Origin: the human T2T-CHM13v2.0 reference genome, Homo sapiens
Direction: 5' to 3' (one strand)
Assembly: GCF_009914755.1 (NCBI RefSeq)
Contig: NC_060930.1
Length of the DNA stretch: 64,000 nucleotides
A program made the position numbers and the translations under genes. Shown one piece after another: positions 30,501-46,061 of this stretch. The number at the start of each line of letters is the position of its first letter. Position 1 is the stretch's first letter. The notes beneath the pieces were generated by a model. The model made no database searches and was not told the DNA's origin. It worked only from the letters and a program-made list of their open reading frames with translations.

Positions 30501-31759
30501 ATCAGCAGAGTAAACAACCCACAGAGTAGAAGAAAATAGTCACAAACTATGTATCCAACAAAGGACTAATATCGAGAATCTACAATGAACTCACAAAAAT
30601 CAGCAACAAAAAAAGCAAACAATCCCATCAAAAAGTGGGCAAAAGACATGAATAGACAATTCCCAAACGAAGATGTACAAATGGCCAACGAACATATGAA
30701 AAAATGCTCAACATCACTAATGATCAGGGAAATGCAAATCAAAACCATAATGAGATACCACCTTACTCCTGTAAGAATGGCCATAATTTAAAAAATCAAA
30801 AAATAATAGATGTTGGAGTGGATGTGGTATAAAGGGAACACTTTTACACTGCTGGTGGGAACATAAACTAGTACAACCACTATGGAAAACAGTGTGGAGA
30901 TTCCTTAAAGAACCACAAGTAGCACCATCATTTGATCCAGCATCCCACTCCTGGGTATCTACCCAGAGGAAAATAAGTAATTAAATGAAAAAGATGCTTG
31001 CACACGCATGTTTATAGCAGCACGATTCGCAACTGCAAAAATATGGAACCGGCCTAAATGTCCATCAATCAATGAGTGGATAAAGAAAATATATGTATAT
31101 ACTAAATGGAATATATAAATGGAAACCCAAATATCATATGTTCTCACTTATAAGTGGGAGCTATACTATGAGGACACAAAGGCACAAGAATGATATAATG
31201 GACTTTGGGGACTCAGGAAGAAGGGATGGAGGCGGGTAAGGGATAAAAGAGTATACACTGGGTACAGCATATGCTGCATGGGTGACGGTGCACCAGAATC
31301 TCAGAAATCACCACTAAAGAACTTATCCATGTAACCAAAAACCACCTGTTCCCCACAAACTATTGAAATAAAAATAAAATAGATATTTTGTTTCTTACTC
31401 ATCTTTAATAGCTAAACATATTAAGTGCATAATACATGTAGCAACAATATAAATACAATCAATGCCTAATAATCACTACAAAAGGTGGTTGGCCTTATAA
31501 AGCATCAAAATTGGGTGAAGTAGATTAGCCTTGATTTCCTTTCATCACTAACTCACACCTGAATCTGGTAAGTGGTAAGATTTTCTTTATTCAATTGAGA
31601 AGAAGCAGCACATCATAAGTAAGTAGGAGAGAATGGTATAAGCAAAGATGCTCCAGAGCAATGGTAGGAAAAAAGTCCTTGAAACTTAACAGCAAGTTAT
31701 AGGAAAAAAGTCCTTGCAACTTAATAGCAGGGCATTAGTTCATAATAATTGAGAACAAC

Positions 31760-32020
31760 AAGAATAGGTAACATCTATTATTTACCATATGCCACCTAAA
31801 ATTCTAGACACTTTACCAGTAACAGTTTATTTACTCATTATAATAAGTTGATGAAACAAATACTATTATTATTCTCATTTACCAGGTAAAGAAACTGAGG
31901 CACTGAGAGGTTTAGTAAATTGCCGAATTTCATCAAATGAATAAGTAGGTGAGCGAGAAATCTAACCAAGGAGTCTTCAGTCTAGCTTCACAGACTGTTC
32001 TCCTGACTACTACATTATAT
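31760..32020 (-). mobile_element. MIR
   Basis: 'gaaactgaggcactgagaggtttagtaaattgcc'. Confidence 0.75.
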
Positions 32021-33156
32021 TGTCGAGATATTTAAAATACGTTGTCCTCGTTTTAGAAAAAAAGAAAAAGAAATATGAAATTAAACACTGAATGATAAAA
32101 GCTGAACTAATTCATTAACTTGAACCTAGGTGTTCAATTTTTAAACATTTTGACCTACCTTTTCTTCATTGTTCCTTCCTTCCTTCATTCATTTCCCTAA
32201 TACTAACTGGACAACTAGTATATGCTAGACCCAAGAGACAATAATACAAAATCTCTGAACACAAAGAACTTAGACTTCAGCGAGGCCATAAATGTGAAAA
32301 ATATTATTATACAGTGTAATTGTTGTTGTAGGAGAGATATATATAAAGGAAGGGTATAAGGGACCTGACCAGACAAATATGATCCAGACATTTCCAACAG
32401 CACAGACAAGAATTAGATCATCTAGGATGGCTTCAGTGCCTGGTGTCATAGGAAGAGGTGGCTGGGAGGTGAGGAGAAAATTCTAGCAAGGAAACAGCCT
32501 GATCCCTGTCACTTTGGCAGTGGTATGGAGGATGAATGAACTGGGGGAAGATAAAGGCAAATCTTAGTGCTAGAAACAGGAAAGGGGCAGAGGACAGAGG
32601 AATTTGATTATATTATGGTAATAATGAAGATGAAAGATTAAGACAATGAATGTAAGAGAAAGAAGAAAGATGATGAAATAAGTAATGTCAGTTAGCTAGC
32701 AGTTAAATAACTGTACTATTTTAATAAATAAATTGATGATTACAGAAAAAATTAAGCAATAAGAACATGCTAACTTTCTATCATGTATTTTTATCACGTA
32801 CCCACAGGTAAAGCAAAGCATCACTGCTGGTAGCAACTAACTGAATTATAGACATAGATTTAAATTATCTACAATACACTAAATCTATATATGTAACATC
32901 TATGTCTAACTGAAGAAATAAAAATCACAAAAACATACATTTTTAATTTCTCCAGATGGGATGATTTCTAAATAGGAGTTATAGAAAATTCCTTCCTTTT
33001 TAACAAACATATACCATATTCTATTTTAAACTTGTATGTATACATTCATTTAGTCCTCCTCAAACTCCTATGAGGTCAATACTACTATCCCTATGTTACA
33101 CAAGAGAAAATCAAGGCTCTGAGAGTTAAGTAATGTGCAAAGCTAACTAGATGGTA

Positions 33157-33706
33157 CAATCAGTTCTGCTATAATACTTATTCTGAAATGCAAATGTGTC
33201 CCAATCCAACTGATACATTAGGGAACAATTTGAGCATAACTCAGATTTCATTTTGCTTATGAGTGACTTCATCCATAAGAAACATGAGGTGACTACAGAA
33301 AACTGAACCAAGCCATACAGGAGGACACCAAAAGCACACGCTCAGACATTAACCAGCTATCTCAGTTCACCATGTGAGTTGTGACTGATACCTATTCAGA
33401 TCTAGTACTACAACTTTTCTTCTGACTTCAGATAATCCTCTTTCCATCACTTCACAACTCACAAGCTGCAACCTCTTCTGCTTCCACGAGGGAATTCAGG
33501 TCTTTTTCAATATAAAGTGCCAAATATATTGCAGTATTTATTTATTAACCATTTAACACTTATGATATTTTTTAAATGTGTTACTGAGTTTTTGAGTATT
33601 GTGCCATAACCCCATTTTCCCGTAAGTCCTGTGGTTTTCATTGTGTAATTCTGAAATGCATGCTGACTTGTAGGAGCAAATATGTTGCATTTTAGCAGGA
33701 CTGACT
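33157..33706. mobile_element. Old Tigger-family DNA transposon
   Basis: Imperfect TIRs 'tcagttctgctataa' / 'tttagcaggactga'. Confidence 0.6.
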
Positions 33707-34660
33707 CTAAGTAGTGGAGTTATATTCAAGTTTGCTGATTTCAGTGCCCAGGCTTGTAAGTTACAGTGTTTTCCCATCTTTATTTATGTATCATCCCAAA
33801 CTTTTAGTACACAATATGTTTTTGGACATCTTAAATTTCCAATTCTCTTTTGTGTGAACTGTTGGGATTACTAAACATATTAATATACAGTAGTTGTAAC
33901 TTGAAAAATATTATAACACATACCTGTGACAAATATGCATTGGTATGAACAAACATTGCCTATACATAAGAATAACCCCATCATAAGTTACAAATTATAA
34001 ATACTGTCCAAAGTGGAAATGAACTGTCACTGTCAATTTTCACTCCAATTATTTCTCATAAATGCCAACTTGTAGCTATCTATGACCTACTACAGTTGAA
34101 AGGAAAATCATAACCAAAAAAATGACAGAATAAGGTTTAATAATTTAGGTTAAAAACTCTGCATAACACTTTTAAATTCAGGTTCCACTATGTACAGTCT
34201 ACAGTAGCAAGTTAATAATGGAAATGGAATCCCCTACTGGAACTACTCAAGACTTTACAACTTTTCCATTAGTTGATTTACTTTACGAAATATCATCACT
34301 GCCAAATCATTGGAGAGAAAATAAATTTGTCAGTTGCAAAAACCATTTAAAAATTATCTCTCCAATGCTTAAGTAGAAGAAAAGCTGAAATCACATAAAA
34401 TCCATATTTAGGTAGACACACTTGAACTCACATCAATGTCTTTAAATGTAGTATAAACCAGGAATCAAAGTAAGAATATACTAAGGTAGATGTTATCTGG
34501 TCAGTGCTAAGCAAAGTCTAAAAAATGTTAACAATCTGGACAAAAAAACTTTAAAAAAAATTCCAAATATCTCTATGTTTAGTATTAAATAGCTAAAATA
34601 TTAGCATATCTAAGTAAAATTTCCCATCCTTATTCAGCGATACTGAGTGATGGCTTCAGC

Positions 34661-34693
34661 ATCACTTCTTGGCCTTTTGGCTAAGATCAAGTG
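34661..34693 (+). pseudogene. 3'-truncated (tailless) U2 snRNA retropseudogene
   Basis: atcacttcttggccttttggctaagatcaagtg matches U2 nt 1-33 with two CpG-type changes; TSD tgagtga(tg/ca)gcttcagc. Confidence 0.9.
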
Positions 34694-34709
34694 AGTGACA
34701 GCTTCAGCA

Positions 34710-34890
34710 CAGTGGTTCTAACACTGGCTGAATGTTAAAATCACCTGAACAATTTTTTTAAAAAAGGTCCAGGCTACATATCAGGTAAATTGAATCTGAA
34801 TATTTGAAATTGGGGCCCCAGCATCAATGTTTTTTTTAAGAGCTCCTCAGAATGGTTACAAATATGTACAACTAAGGTTGAGAACTGTTA
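34710..34890. mobile_element. MER5 hAT-Charlie element
   Basis: TIR-like 'cagtggttct' / 'ttgagaactg'. Confidence 0.7.
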
Positions 34891-35354
34891 TTCTAAAATA
34901 ATCATGATTTCTTTAATGAAGCTTATTTTTTTTACTCATGATTCCAGGAGCTACTCATAAATCAAAAGAACCAATTAGGATATAAGAAAATTATACATTT
35001 TAAATTCTAAAAGTTCAAAGTTTTATTTGTTCCTTTTTTTACTAAAAATAGTAGCATTCAGATATAGCTTAACATATGGGTCCCTAAAAATATTACTTGG
35101 GAAATTTTTGTCAAGTCTTAACTGACATCAGTCAAACATACATGGAAATGTCTGATGAAAAAATGACCATTGTTGGAAATTTCTGTTCTTCTAGAGCTAT
35201 CATACGAAATACACAAATACATAAATACTTAAAGAGTCTACTAAAACACAGCTGAGTAGAGAGACAACACAAAATGAGATATTTTTCTCTAAACATTCAA
35301 TATTGAATATAAACTAAATTCAGAATCAATATTGAATATAAAGTAAACTCAGCA

Positions 35355-35808
<454 letters not shown>

Positions 35809-36619
35809 ATCTTTATACTGCTTTCAAAGCATTCAATGAGAGAAATAACCAGAAAACAAAAAAGTTAACTTCTTGAAATCCAAAGAAAAAGATGTTTCAT
35901 ACATATTTCTCCAACTATAGCCTTTATGGCTATTTACAGGACAAAATTTTTGAAAAATTTTGAAAAGAGAAAAGTGGGTATGCAGATAGTAAACTAAATG
36001 AGTTCAAACTAAACTCTTAATAAATTTTAGTACTTATAAAAAGCTTTATTTTTTCATCTAGTATTTTTAATTCAGTGTTGGGAAAAAACTATTCTAATTG
36101 GCTAATTTCTACAAACACTATTCTAAATCTATTTTCAAATATCCTCTGTTAAGCAAGTTTCAAAAAGATTGAAAGCCCATATACCACCATATATAGCACT
36201 CATATTGACAAAAGTATTTCAGATTATCTGTAATTAAGATTGCTCATATCAAACTGATATTCTTAGAAATATGTAGCCATTTAAGACTATCACACAAAGA
36301 CTAGATTATAATGGAGTGAAGCTGGGCAAAGAAATGCTTAAATCAGGCCCTTAGAAACAGAAAGTTAACTGTACTCACTTTAAAACAAGTTAAAAGTGTT
36401 TAACCTTCCTCCAACACTGGGCATTAAATCTTACAGGTAATTAATTATGACGTAAAAATGTAATTCTAATTCATAATTGTAACTGTTTTCTAAATCAAAG
36501 TATTTTTAAAATTAACATCAATTTATATCAAGTTTCTCTTTTCTAGGCAAGTATTGTCTACCAATAGGCTAGCTAAGTTAGCCCAGTGATAAAGGCCCTT
36601 AGCATTAAAACAGTTCAGT

Positions 36620-38150
<1,531 letters not shown>

Positions 38151-38376
38151 CTTAATAGGGACAACAATAATTAATCACTTAATAGGAACAACAAGTAGAT
38201 ATCAGAATATATGTCTCATGTTTGTGAAACAACTCTCAATAATAAAGTAAAATTAATAAGGCAACAAGGAAAAGAAACTGATGACTCAACCTGCATAGGA
38301 ACTATAATACATTATTAAAAATTAAATGAAAAATGTGCATATTTGTGTTAACAAAGATAGGTCAAAAGATAATGTT

Positions 38377-38538
38377 GGCTGGGCACAGTGGCCCACACCT
38401 GTAATCCCAACACTTAGGGAGCCCGAGGCTGATGGATCACTTGAGGTCAGGAGTTCGAGACCAGCCTGGCCAACATGGTGAAACCCTGCCTCTACCAAAA
38501 ATACAAAAGTAGCCAGTAGTGGTGGCACATGCCTGTAG
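38377..38538 (+). mobile_element. 3'-truncated Alu (left arm plus start of right arm)
   Basis: Ends abruptly at 'gcctgtag' with no tail. Confidence 0.9.
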
Positions 38539-38573
38539 GTTGGAATTTGGGCAAGATAAAAAATCAGAGCTTA

Positions 38574-38941
<368 letters not shown>

Positions 38942-39199
38942 TCAATCAATACTTTTGGTTTTGCCTACTTAGCTTAAAACACAAGTAGCTTGAAATCCAT
39001 ATAGTCAATTCATTCACATATTATTTACTTCACACCTACTATATAGGAAGGATTCTAGGAAGTGTTTGAAACGAAACAATTGGAGGATGATGCTTAGTCA
39101 ATGTCTGTTCAATGAAGAAATGACTGAACAATTAAAAAAAAGAAGAAGAAGAAAACTTCCAAGAATGGCATCAAGGCTAAGAAAGATATCTTATGCCAG

Positions 39200-39722
39200 T
39201 GTTGTGGCTCAGAAAATAACAGACCTCCTCCCAAGAATCTCATCAAATAATCAAGACCAATTAACCACTAGAGAAGAGAGAAAACTTCAGTGAGTAGTCA
39301 CCATGCTCATATAGACTTTTCATCTATTGTGAGAGCAGCTTCTAGAGATTACCTGAGGGAATTTATGTGCATAATAGGACAACTTTTGTTCACAGTGAAG
39401 TTGTGCTTCTCACCTTCCTGCTCCTTGACTCCAGTTCAGAGGAACTTAGTCCCAGGCCATTGTTCTTCAGGCTCATTCATATCCCCTAAAAATCATTTAC
39501 TCCTACATCCTGCCCTGCACCCATCAACCCTATCCCCAATGAGGAAGAATATGTAGCATCTAAACCTCATTGGGTTATTGGGTAATCATTCTCTTGCAAT
39601 TCCCCTGTGTTATACCTGTTAAATAAACGTGTATGCCCTTTCCCCTATTAATCTGCCTTTTGTCAGTTCATTTTCAGAGAACCTTCAGAGGGCAAAGGGG
39701 AAGCTCTCCCTTGGCCTCTGTA
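39200..39722 (+). mobile_element. ERV1 solo LTR (MER34/MER39-like)
   Basis: 'tgttgtggctcagaaa' start; AATAAA; end 'gaaccttcagagggcaaaggggaagctctcccttggcc'. Confidence 0.7.
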
Positions 39723-40025
39723 CCTACGTGCCTGATAATATGGACAGTCAGTACATGACTTCCGTGGAGAAGGTAGTGTTTGATCTGCAATTTGGAGTGA
39801 AACTCTGTTCATCTTAGAAGGAAAAAAGTTAGGTTTGAAAAAAATGGCACAACAAAATTAGTGTGAAACAAAAAATGCATCTTACTGGGCTCATTAGAAT
39901 GTGTGATTAAGATAGCTCTAACTTCCTATTTCAAATATATATGTTGAACCATAAATATTCTCATAAAATATTAAGTAGACTTTGCTTCATAACCAATTAA
40001 TTGAGAATGTTGTTTTACAATGAAT

Positions 40026-40527
40026 TGTAACGAAGTTCAAAGCTCTTACCACTTGCCACATGACAGCCAAGATGTCAAGAGGCAAGGAAAGTGACTTCTA
40101 TTTGGAGAGCCAGCATACCAAGAAGATGGTGAACTAGTGTCCTAAAGAACCATCTTAAGTTAATATGAATTTTAGGCTCCTTTTATGTGGGGGAAAGGGA
40201 GATGAGGGAAGGGGCTGATGTGGGCAGCAGTGACGGTCAAAGAAGACTGAAACTTCTTTGTCCTTGGTCAGGTCACAATGCTTCAACAAATCTTTTAACA
40301 CTACATTGTTACTTCTGTGTAAACCCTCCTTATCTCCTCAGGAGTTAGTTTCAAGGAAGGGACTATTATCATCCTTGCTTTAAACTATAAGCTAAATTCC
40401 TCCCATAGTTAGCTTGGCCTATGTACAAAGATAAGCAAAAGCAGCTAACCTAAAAGAGGGCATGAAGGATGGGGAGTTAGGAACAAAAATGGAGTTAGTC
40501 ATGCTACGCCTCCTTTTCACTGTTACA
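40026..40527 (-). mobile_element. ERV1 solo LTR (MER31-like)
   Basis: tgtaac...gttaca ends; 'taaattcctcccatagttagcttggcct'. Confidence 0.7.
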
Positions 40528-42126
40528 TAATTATAGATAAATAAGGGGAAAAGGACTAAGGGGCAAGACTGAGATTCCAGGGTCACTGTACTCAGGAAAA
40601 CCCCCACATATTAGGGCAATGGAGCTAACTTGAAGCTACTATGAAGCATTCTGTTGAAGAAACCAGTAAAAGTTCACTTATATATAAATGATAGGCCAAT
40701 CTACCCAAAAATGGGCAAATTTATATTTTTGAACTATACCTTACAGCAAATAATTCATCTAACGTTCAAATTCAAGGAGAATAAAGCCAAACTCATTACC
40801 TCTTAGAGTAAATAATATGTTTATAATTTCTCAACATGACCCATCTATGTTCTAGGGGATTTAAAAAAGAAGAAGAAAAAAGAAAATAGCTTGTCACAAA
40901 AAAACAGCCAATGGAAGATTCTATGGCCAATAATTATGCTACCAAGCTACACGATGCTTAAAAACATTTTAAGCATGAGCATAAGCTCATTTTGCATATG
41001 TAACTTGTTTCTCTCAGTGTCTGAGACTATCAGAAACAAAGAAACCCACATCCTAAGCCACAGAATACAGCCACCTGGTTTTACTCTTATCACAGGATGA
41101 CAAAAATGCTTTCAGTCTCCTAAGGTCATGCAGATATCCTCAACATTTGTATAGTGTTTTTTAACTAACAAAACTGTTGCATCCTTCCTGAGTTCTAGAG
41201 TGGTCAAAAGATACAATGCAAACACTTCTTACGATAACCTTTGCTGTCACATTTAAAGGCATAGGCTCAATGACTAACATAAATTTCAAAATGCTAGCTC
41301 CCTTTTCTTTCCCTTTTCTGTTCTGATACTAATATAATAATATATATTTTCTGTTCTAATACCAATATAATTAATATAATTTCAATAAATTTCTGGAATC
41401 TTTGTTTATAAAAATGTTAAATCAGTGTCAGCTTTGCAGAATTCATCTGTTAACCCAAAGAAACATAAATAAGTTTATGAGTATAACAAGAAATGAGTTT
41501 TTTAAAATGTCCCCATTCTATATTTTTAAAACCCTTGGTTTTCTCTTAATATATATATATATTTTAGAATGATGAAGTTTTTGATTTTTTTATCAGAACA
41601 CTTTTTACAATAACTTCCAAAGCTAGTGTGAAATATTTGTTGACACACAGACATTTAATGAAGTAATTCCATGATTTAGTACCATAATTTTTATGGTTTT
41701 AGTGAAAAAAAAGTGAGACTTGGATAATCTAGTTGAAATCAAGACACATGTGTAAAGAACTTAACAGAAACTACCACCTATACTTGATCTGTTGATTTGA
41801 TCAGAGAACATTAATAAGTTAAAGGAATGCAACTTCCAATAATTTTCCATGAAAATGCAATCATCTGGCAAAAATATTATTTATTTCTGTTAAAACACTG
41901 GTGAAATCTTCCCATCCTTTTTTTAACTTCACAAATGTATTCAACTTCATGGACTATGTTTATATACAACATCATAGAAAAGAGTTTCAATAATCTCATA
42001 ATAATTGGAGAGGCTTAACAAGCAACATATGATTAAGAAAAATGGTTATCAATTTTTATATTTTGAAACATTCTTTTTAAAAACAGTATTTAAGAACCAA
42101 CCTCCAAAAATCAATATATTATTTAA

Positions 42127-42710
<584 letters not shown>

Positions 42711-42973
42711 AGATCATGATCAGCATTCTAAAAACTATATATCTAAACTTATAATTTCTGTAATTATAGTAATTATTAATAATACGTAATTATAACTCCT
42801 CAACATGACCCATCCATGCTCTAGGGGATTTAAAAAAGAATCACATTTATAATTTATTTATAAATTATTATAATTTATAATTAATATATTTATATGCTAA
42901 TATATATTATATAATTATTTTATAAATTCAACCCCTAACAGAGTCACTTCTTCCCTGACTCTGATCTACAATC

Positions 42974-43001
42974 ATTTAATTGGTCTGGGTAGAAACCATA
43001 G

Positions 43002-43052
<51 letters not shown>

Positions 43053-43062
43053 GCCTATATTT

Positions 43063-43115
<53 letters not shown>

Positions 43116-43180
43116 TGAGATGGAGTCTCACTATGTCACCCAAGCTGGAATGTAGTGGCACTATCTCGGCTCACTGCAAC
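42974..43180. repeat. Local duplicate of 42269-42430 (MER5A piece + Alu tail end) containing (GATA)12 and (TA)n STRs
   Basis: Same MER5A/Alu junction and the non-consensus 'ggcactatctc' in both copies; (GATA)n 43003-43050. Confidence 0.9.
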
Positions 43181-43644
43181 TGAAATAGGGTAATGTTCAA
43201 CTTGATAAACTGTAGTGTCCAGAAGGAAGCATACCTACGACTGGCAATAAAAGTAAATCTTGGGCCCTAGAAGAAGGAACACTAGTTCACAGCCACGTTC
43301 TAAGTTCTGGGTTGACTCCACCAACCTCAAAACATCTGAACTCTACACAGGATAACACTCTTCTAGATCAGACATTTTTGGAATCCTGCTAAGGAAGGGA
43401 TGACTTGGGGATACCTTTGATTTGGGGTGAGACATACCCAGCCACTTCCTTGTATGGTTATCGCTAGCTGTCAGAGTATAGGAATGGCTTCCAGAAATAT
43501 TCCTATTGCCCACCCTACTCACTCACCTATTTTATACTATGATGGTGCAGAACCAGAGGTCATATCCTGATATGAACACATTCTATAGCATCTGTTACCA
43601 AGAATATGTAGGTAATGGGAAAACAAGACACTCCACTACTACTA

Positions 43645-44695
43645 GTCACCCTGAGGTAGGTGGTCCTTGCTGGTCAGTGGGGCTATCTCATCAGAAAGTG
43701 TGGTTACAAGATCAAAAAAATCAGAGCAAAAGGACTCAAATCCAATGGCAAGGAAGACACATTTCAATTTGACTGAGTGTTCATCACTGCTGCATTCTAA
43801 AATCCATAATGTAGTATGTCAGGATGACCTATGCAGTTGTGTTAGAATCCAGTCCCTACATTCCCATTCTCTCCTCCCCACTGAAGGGGATGACCAAGAT
43901 GTTCAGTTCTCCAGTCACCTTTCTTCGTAGGTTGTCAAGCCTCTGCTCTTCAAGCACAATATCCTATTGAACTGACCAGATTTGATCAAGCTGTACTTAA
44001 CTTACTGTCAATGCAGCAGACCCATTTTCCAATGATGCAATATGGGATTCAATGACATTGATTCCACCTCTACAGAGGTGAAAGATTGTTACTGGGCACA
44101 CCTGAACGTAACTGGCTCAAATTACTTATCATGAAGTCACTATTCGAAATTACTTAATTGGCTGCCTAATTAGGCCTCTAGGCTTCAAAATCAATTAGCA
44201 TGATCAGTTATCTGAGGCACAGATCAAAATAGTCATCCCAGAGAAAGGGTTTACGGAGAGACAGGTTGTCATCCTTGGATCTAGAGCCATCAATAGCCTC
44301 ACCCAATATCTAAACATCAAGCTTTCTTCAGTCATGGAGGCCAGCAAGAACCATGTAGATTCACCCATAACTCACAATTCATCTACATAGTTTCTGAACA
44401 GTCAGAGATCCTGTTTTAAATAAATTATAAATGTGTACTTGCTACACAACTCTATCATAAATTTCTCATGTTTAAAGTGTTCAAATTCCTTTCTTTGTTT
44501 AGCTACTACAACAAGATCCACGTTTAGTTAGCTTCTCCTTATTACTTTTTTGGTTTGTTGGTTGTTCTTGCTCTTTATTTTGTTTCCAAAATGTAAAAGT
44601 AAAATATTAATAAATTACAGTTCAGTTATGTCAGGAATTTTTCAAAAACAATTATTGGTCTGAGCTTTTTTCTTGAAGACCAGAAGTCACAGTTA
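43645..44695 (+). pseudogene. PCBP2: Ancient 5'-truncated processed pseudogene of poly(rC)-binding protein 2 (KH2, linker, KH3, 3' UTR)
   Basis: Colinear, intronless similarity to PCBP2 mRNA as I recall it: gtcaccctgagg..gtggtccttgct (VTLRLVVPA), ccagatttgatcaagctg (PDLTKL), atgcagcagacccattttcca (MQQSHFP), gaggtgaaag..tactgggca (EVKGYWA), ttaattggctgc (LIGC), gcacagatcaaaata (AQIKI); former stop near 44346; 3' UTR blocks 'tagtttctgaacagtcag', 'atgtcaggaattttt'. Many stops and frameshifts. Confidence 0.88.
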
Positions 44696-45672
44696 AAACA
44701 CACCCACACCTACATATACCCAAATAACACAACATAGTCCACAATCCCAAAAATTAATGCGAGTTATAAACTAACAAAAATCTGGGTTCAAATAATTAAT
44801 TTATGGTACAGTCATCAGAGAAATAAAATAGAACTTTAAAATAGTATTGCAAAGTAGGTACCAGAAGAACTAATATAAAGCATAGCATGTACCTCTCAAA
44901 TGGTTAAAGCCAAGGTCATTAACAAGGATACCGAAATGTTTCTCTTAAATAGCCATTTGGCAGGCTAAGACTCACATTCAAGTTCTTGTCAAAGAAATAC
45001 AAACTCACTAAAATGTTGTTTATTTTGAAAAATTGTTAATATGAGGCAGGTCTTCAAACAAGGCAGTTAAAGTTTCTGGAATATTAAAAGGGACTTACAA
45101 AAAGATCTACAGCAAGTATTCACAGTAGTCGTATAACAGTAGTGCTTCAATGTAGAGGACAAAATAAATGCATGACCAAATGTTTTCTTGAAAATCAGTC
45201 TAAAATTAGATGACCAAAGACGTAAGTACTACATCCACAGTCAAGATATAAAGAGATTTTCCATAGAAATGAATGAGCACGACACACACAGATTCTGCAA
45301 GCATAGCAAAACCTGAAACTAATAATATTGTTTTAGCTGGGAAAAACATTTTTTATATATAAGTGAATTACGGTGAGTTTCCAAAAGGCCTGAAATGCAT
45401 ACTGAATTGAAACAAAAAAAAAATCCATAAAATTTGTAAATTTAAGTGAGGAAGGTAGAGTAAAAAAGTAAAGTACAAAGGAAAAAAATTAATGAACACA
45501 GTAAAACTACTCATAGACACAAAAGAAATACAATATGTAGGCAATACAAAAATTTGTTATACAAGAAAAAATATGGATACCCAAACTTTCCATTCTAGGT
45601 CTTGATATGAATCTCCCCCTATAAAATCCTTTAACTACACCACAAAATTTTCCTGCCTCTGAAACAGGTAAT

Positions 45673-46061
45673 TGATAAGTTTGAATGTTCCCTCCAAATT
45701 TCATGTTGAGATAAAATCTGCAGTGTTGGAGTGTGGGCCTAGTGGGAGGTGTTTGGGTCATGGGGGCGGATCCCTCATGGCTTAGTGCTGTCCTTGAAAT
45801 AGTGAGTTCATTCTCAGGAGCTCTGGTTGTTTAAGTGTGTTCCCCCAACACTCTCTCTTGCTTCTGCTCATTCCATGAGACACCTGCTCCCCCTTTACCT
45901 TCTGCCATGATTTGTAAGCTTTCTGAGGTTTCCCCAGAAGCAGATGCCAGCACCATGCTTCCTGTACAGCCTGTAGAACTGTGAGTCCATTAAACCTCTT
46001 TTCTTATAAATTACCCAGTCTCAGGTATTTCTTTATAGCAACACAAGAACAGACTAACACA
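45673..46061 (+). mobile_element. MSTA/MSTB solo LTR
   Basis: TG...CA ends, perfect TSD gtaat. Confidence 0.9.

Noticed and set aside
43506-43930. ORFs of 87-88 aa overlapping the PCBP2 retrocopy
   Set aside because: Mostly out of frame with the KH domains and non-ATG starts; no sign of a retained retrogene
45099-45199. Possible minus-strand exon (ttttag ... gtaagt) with one open frame
   Set aside because: Weak exonic donor context (TTT|GT), poor pyrimidine tract, unrecognisable peptide
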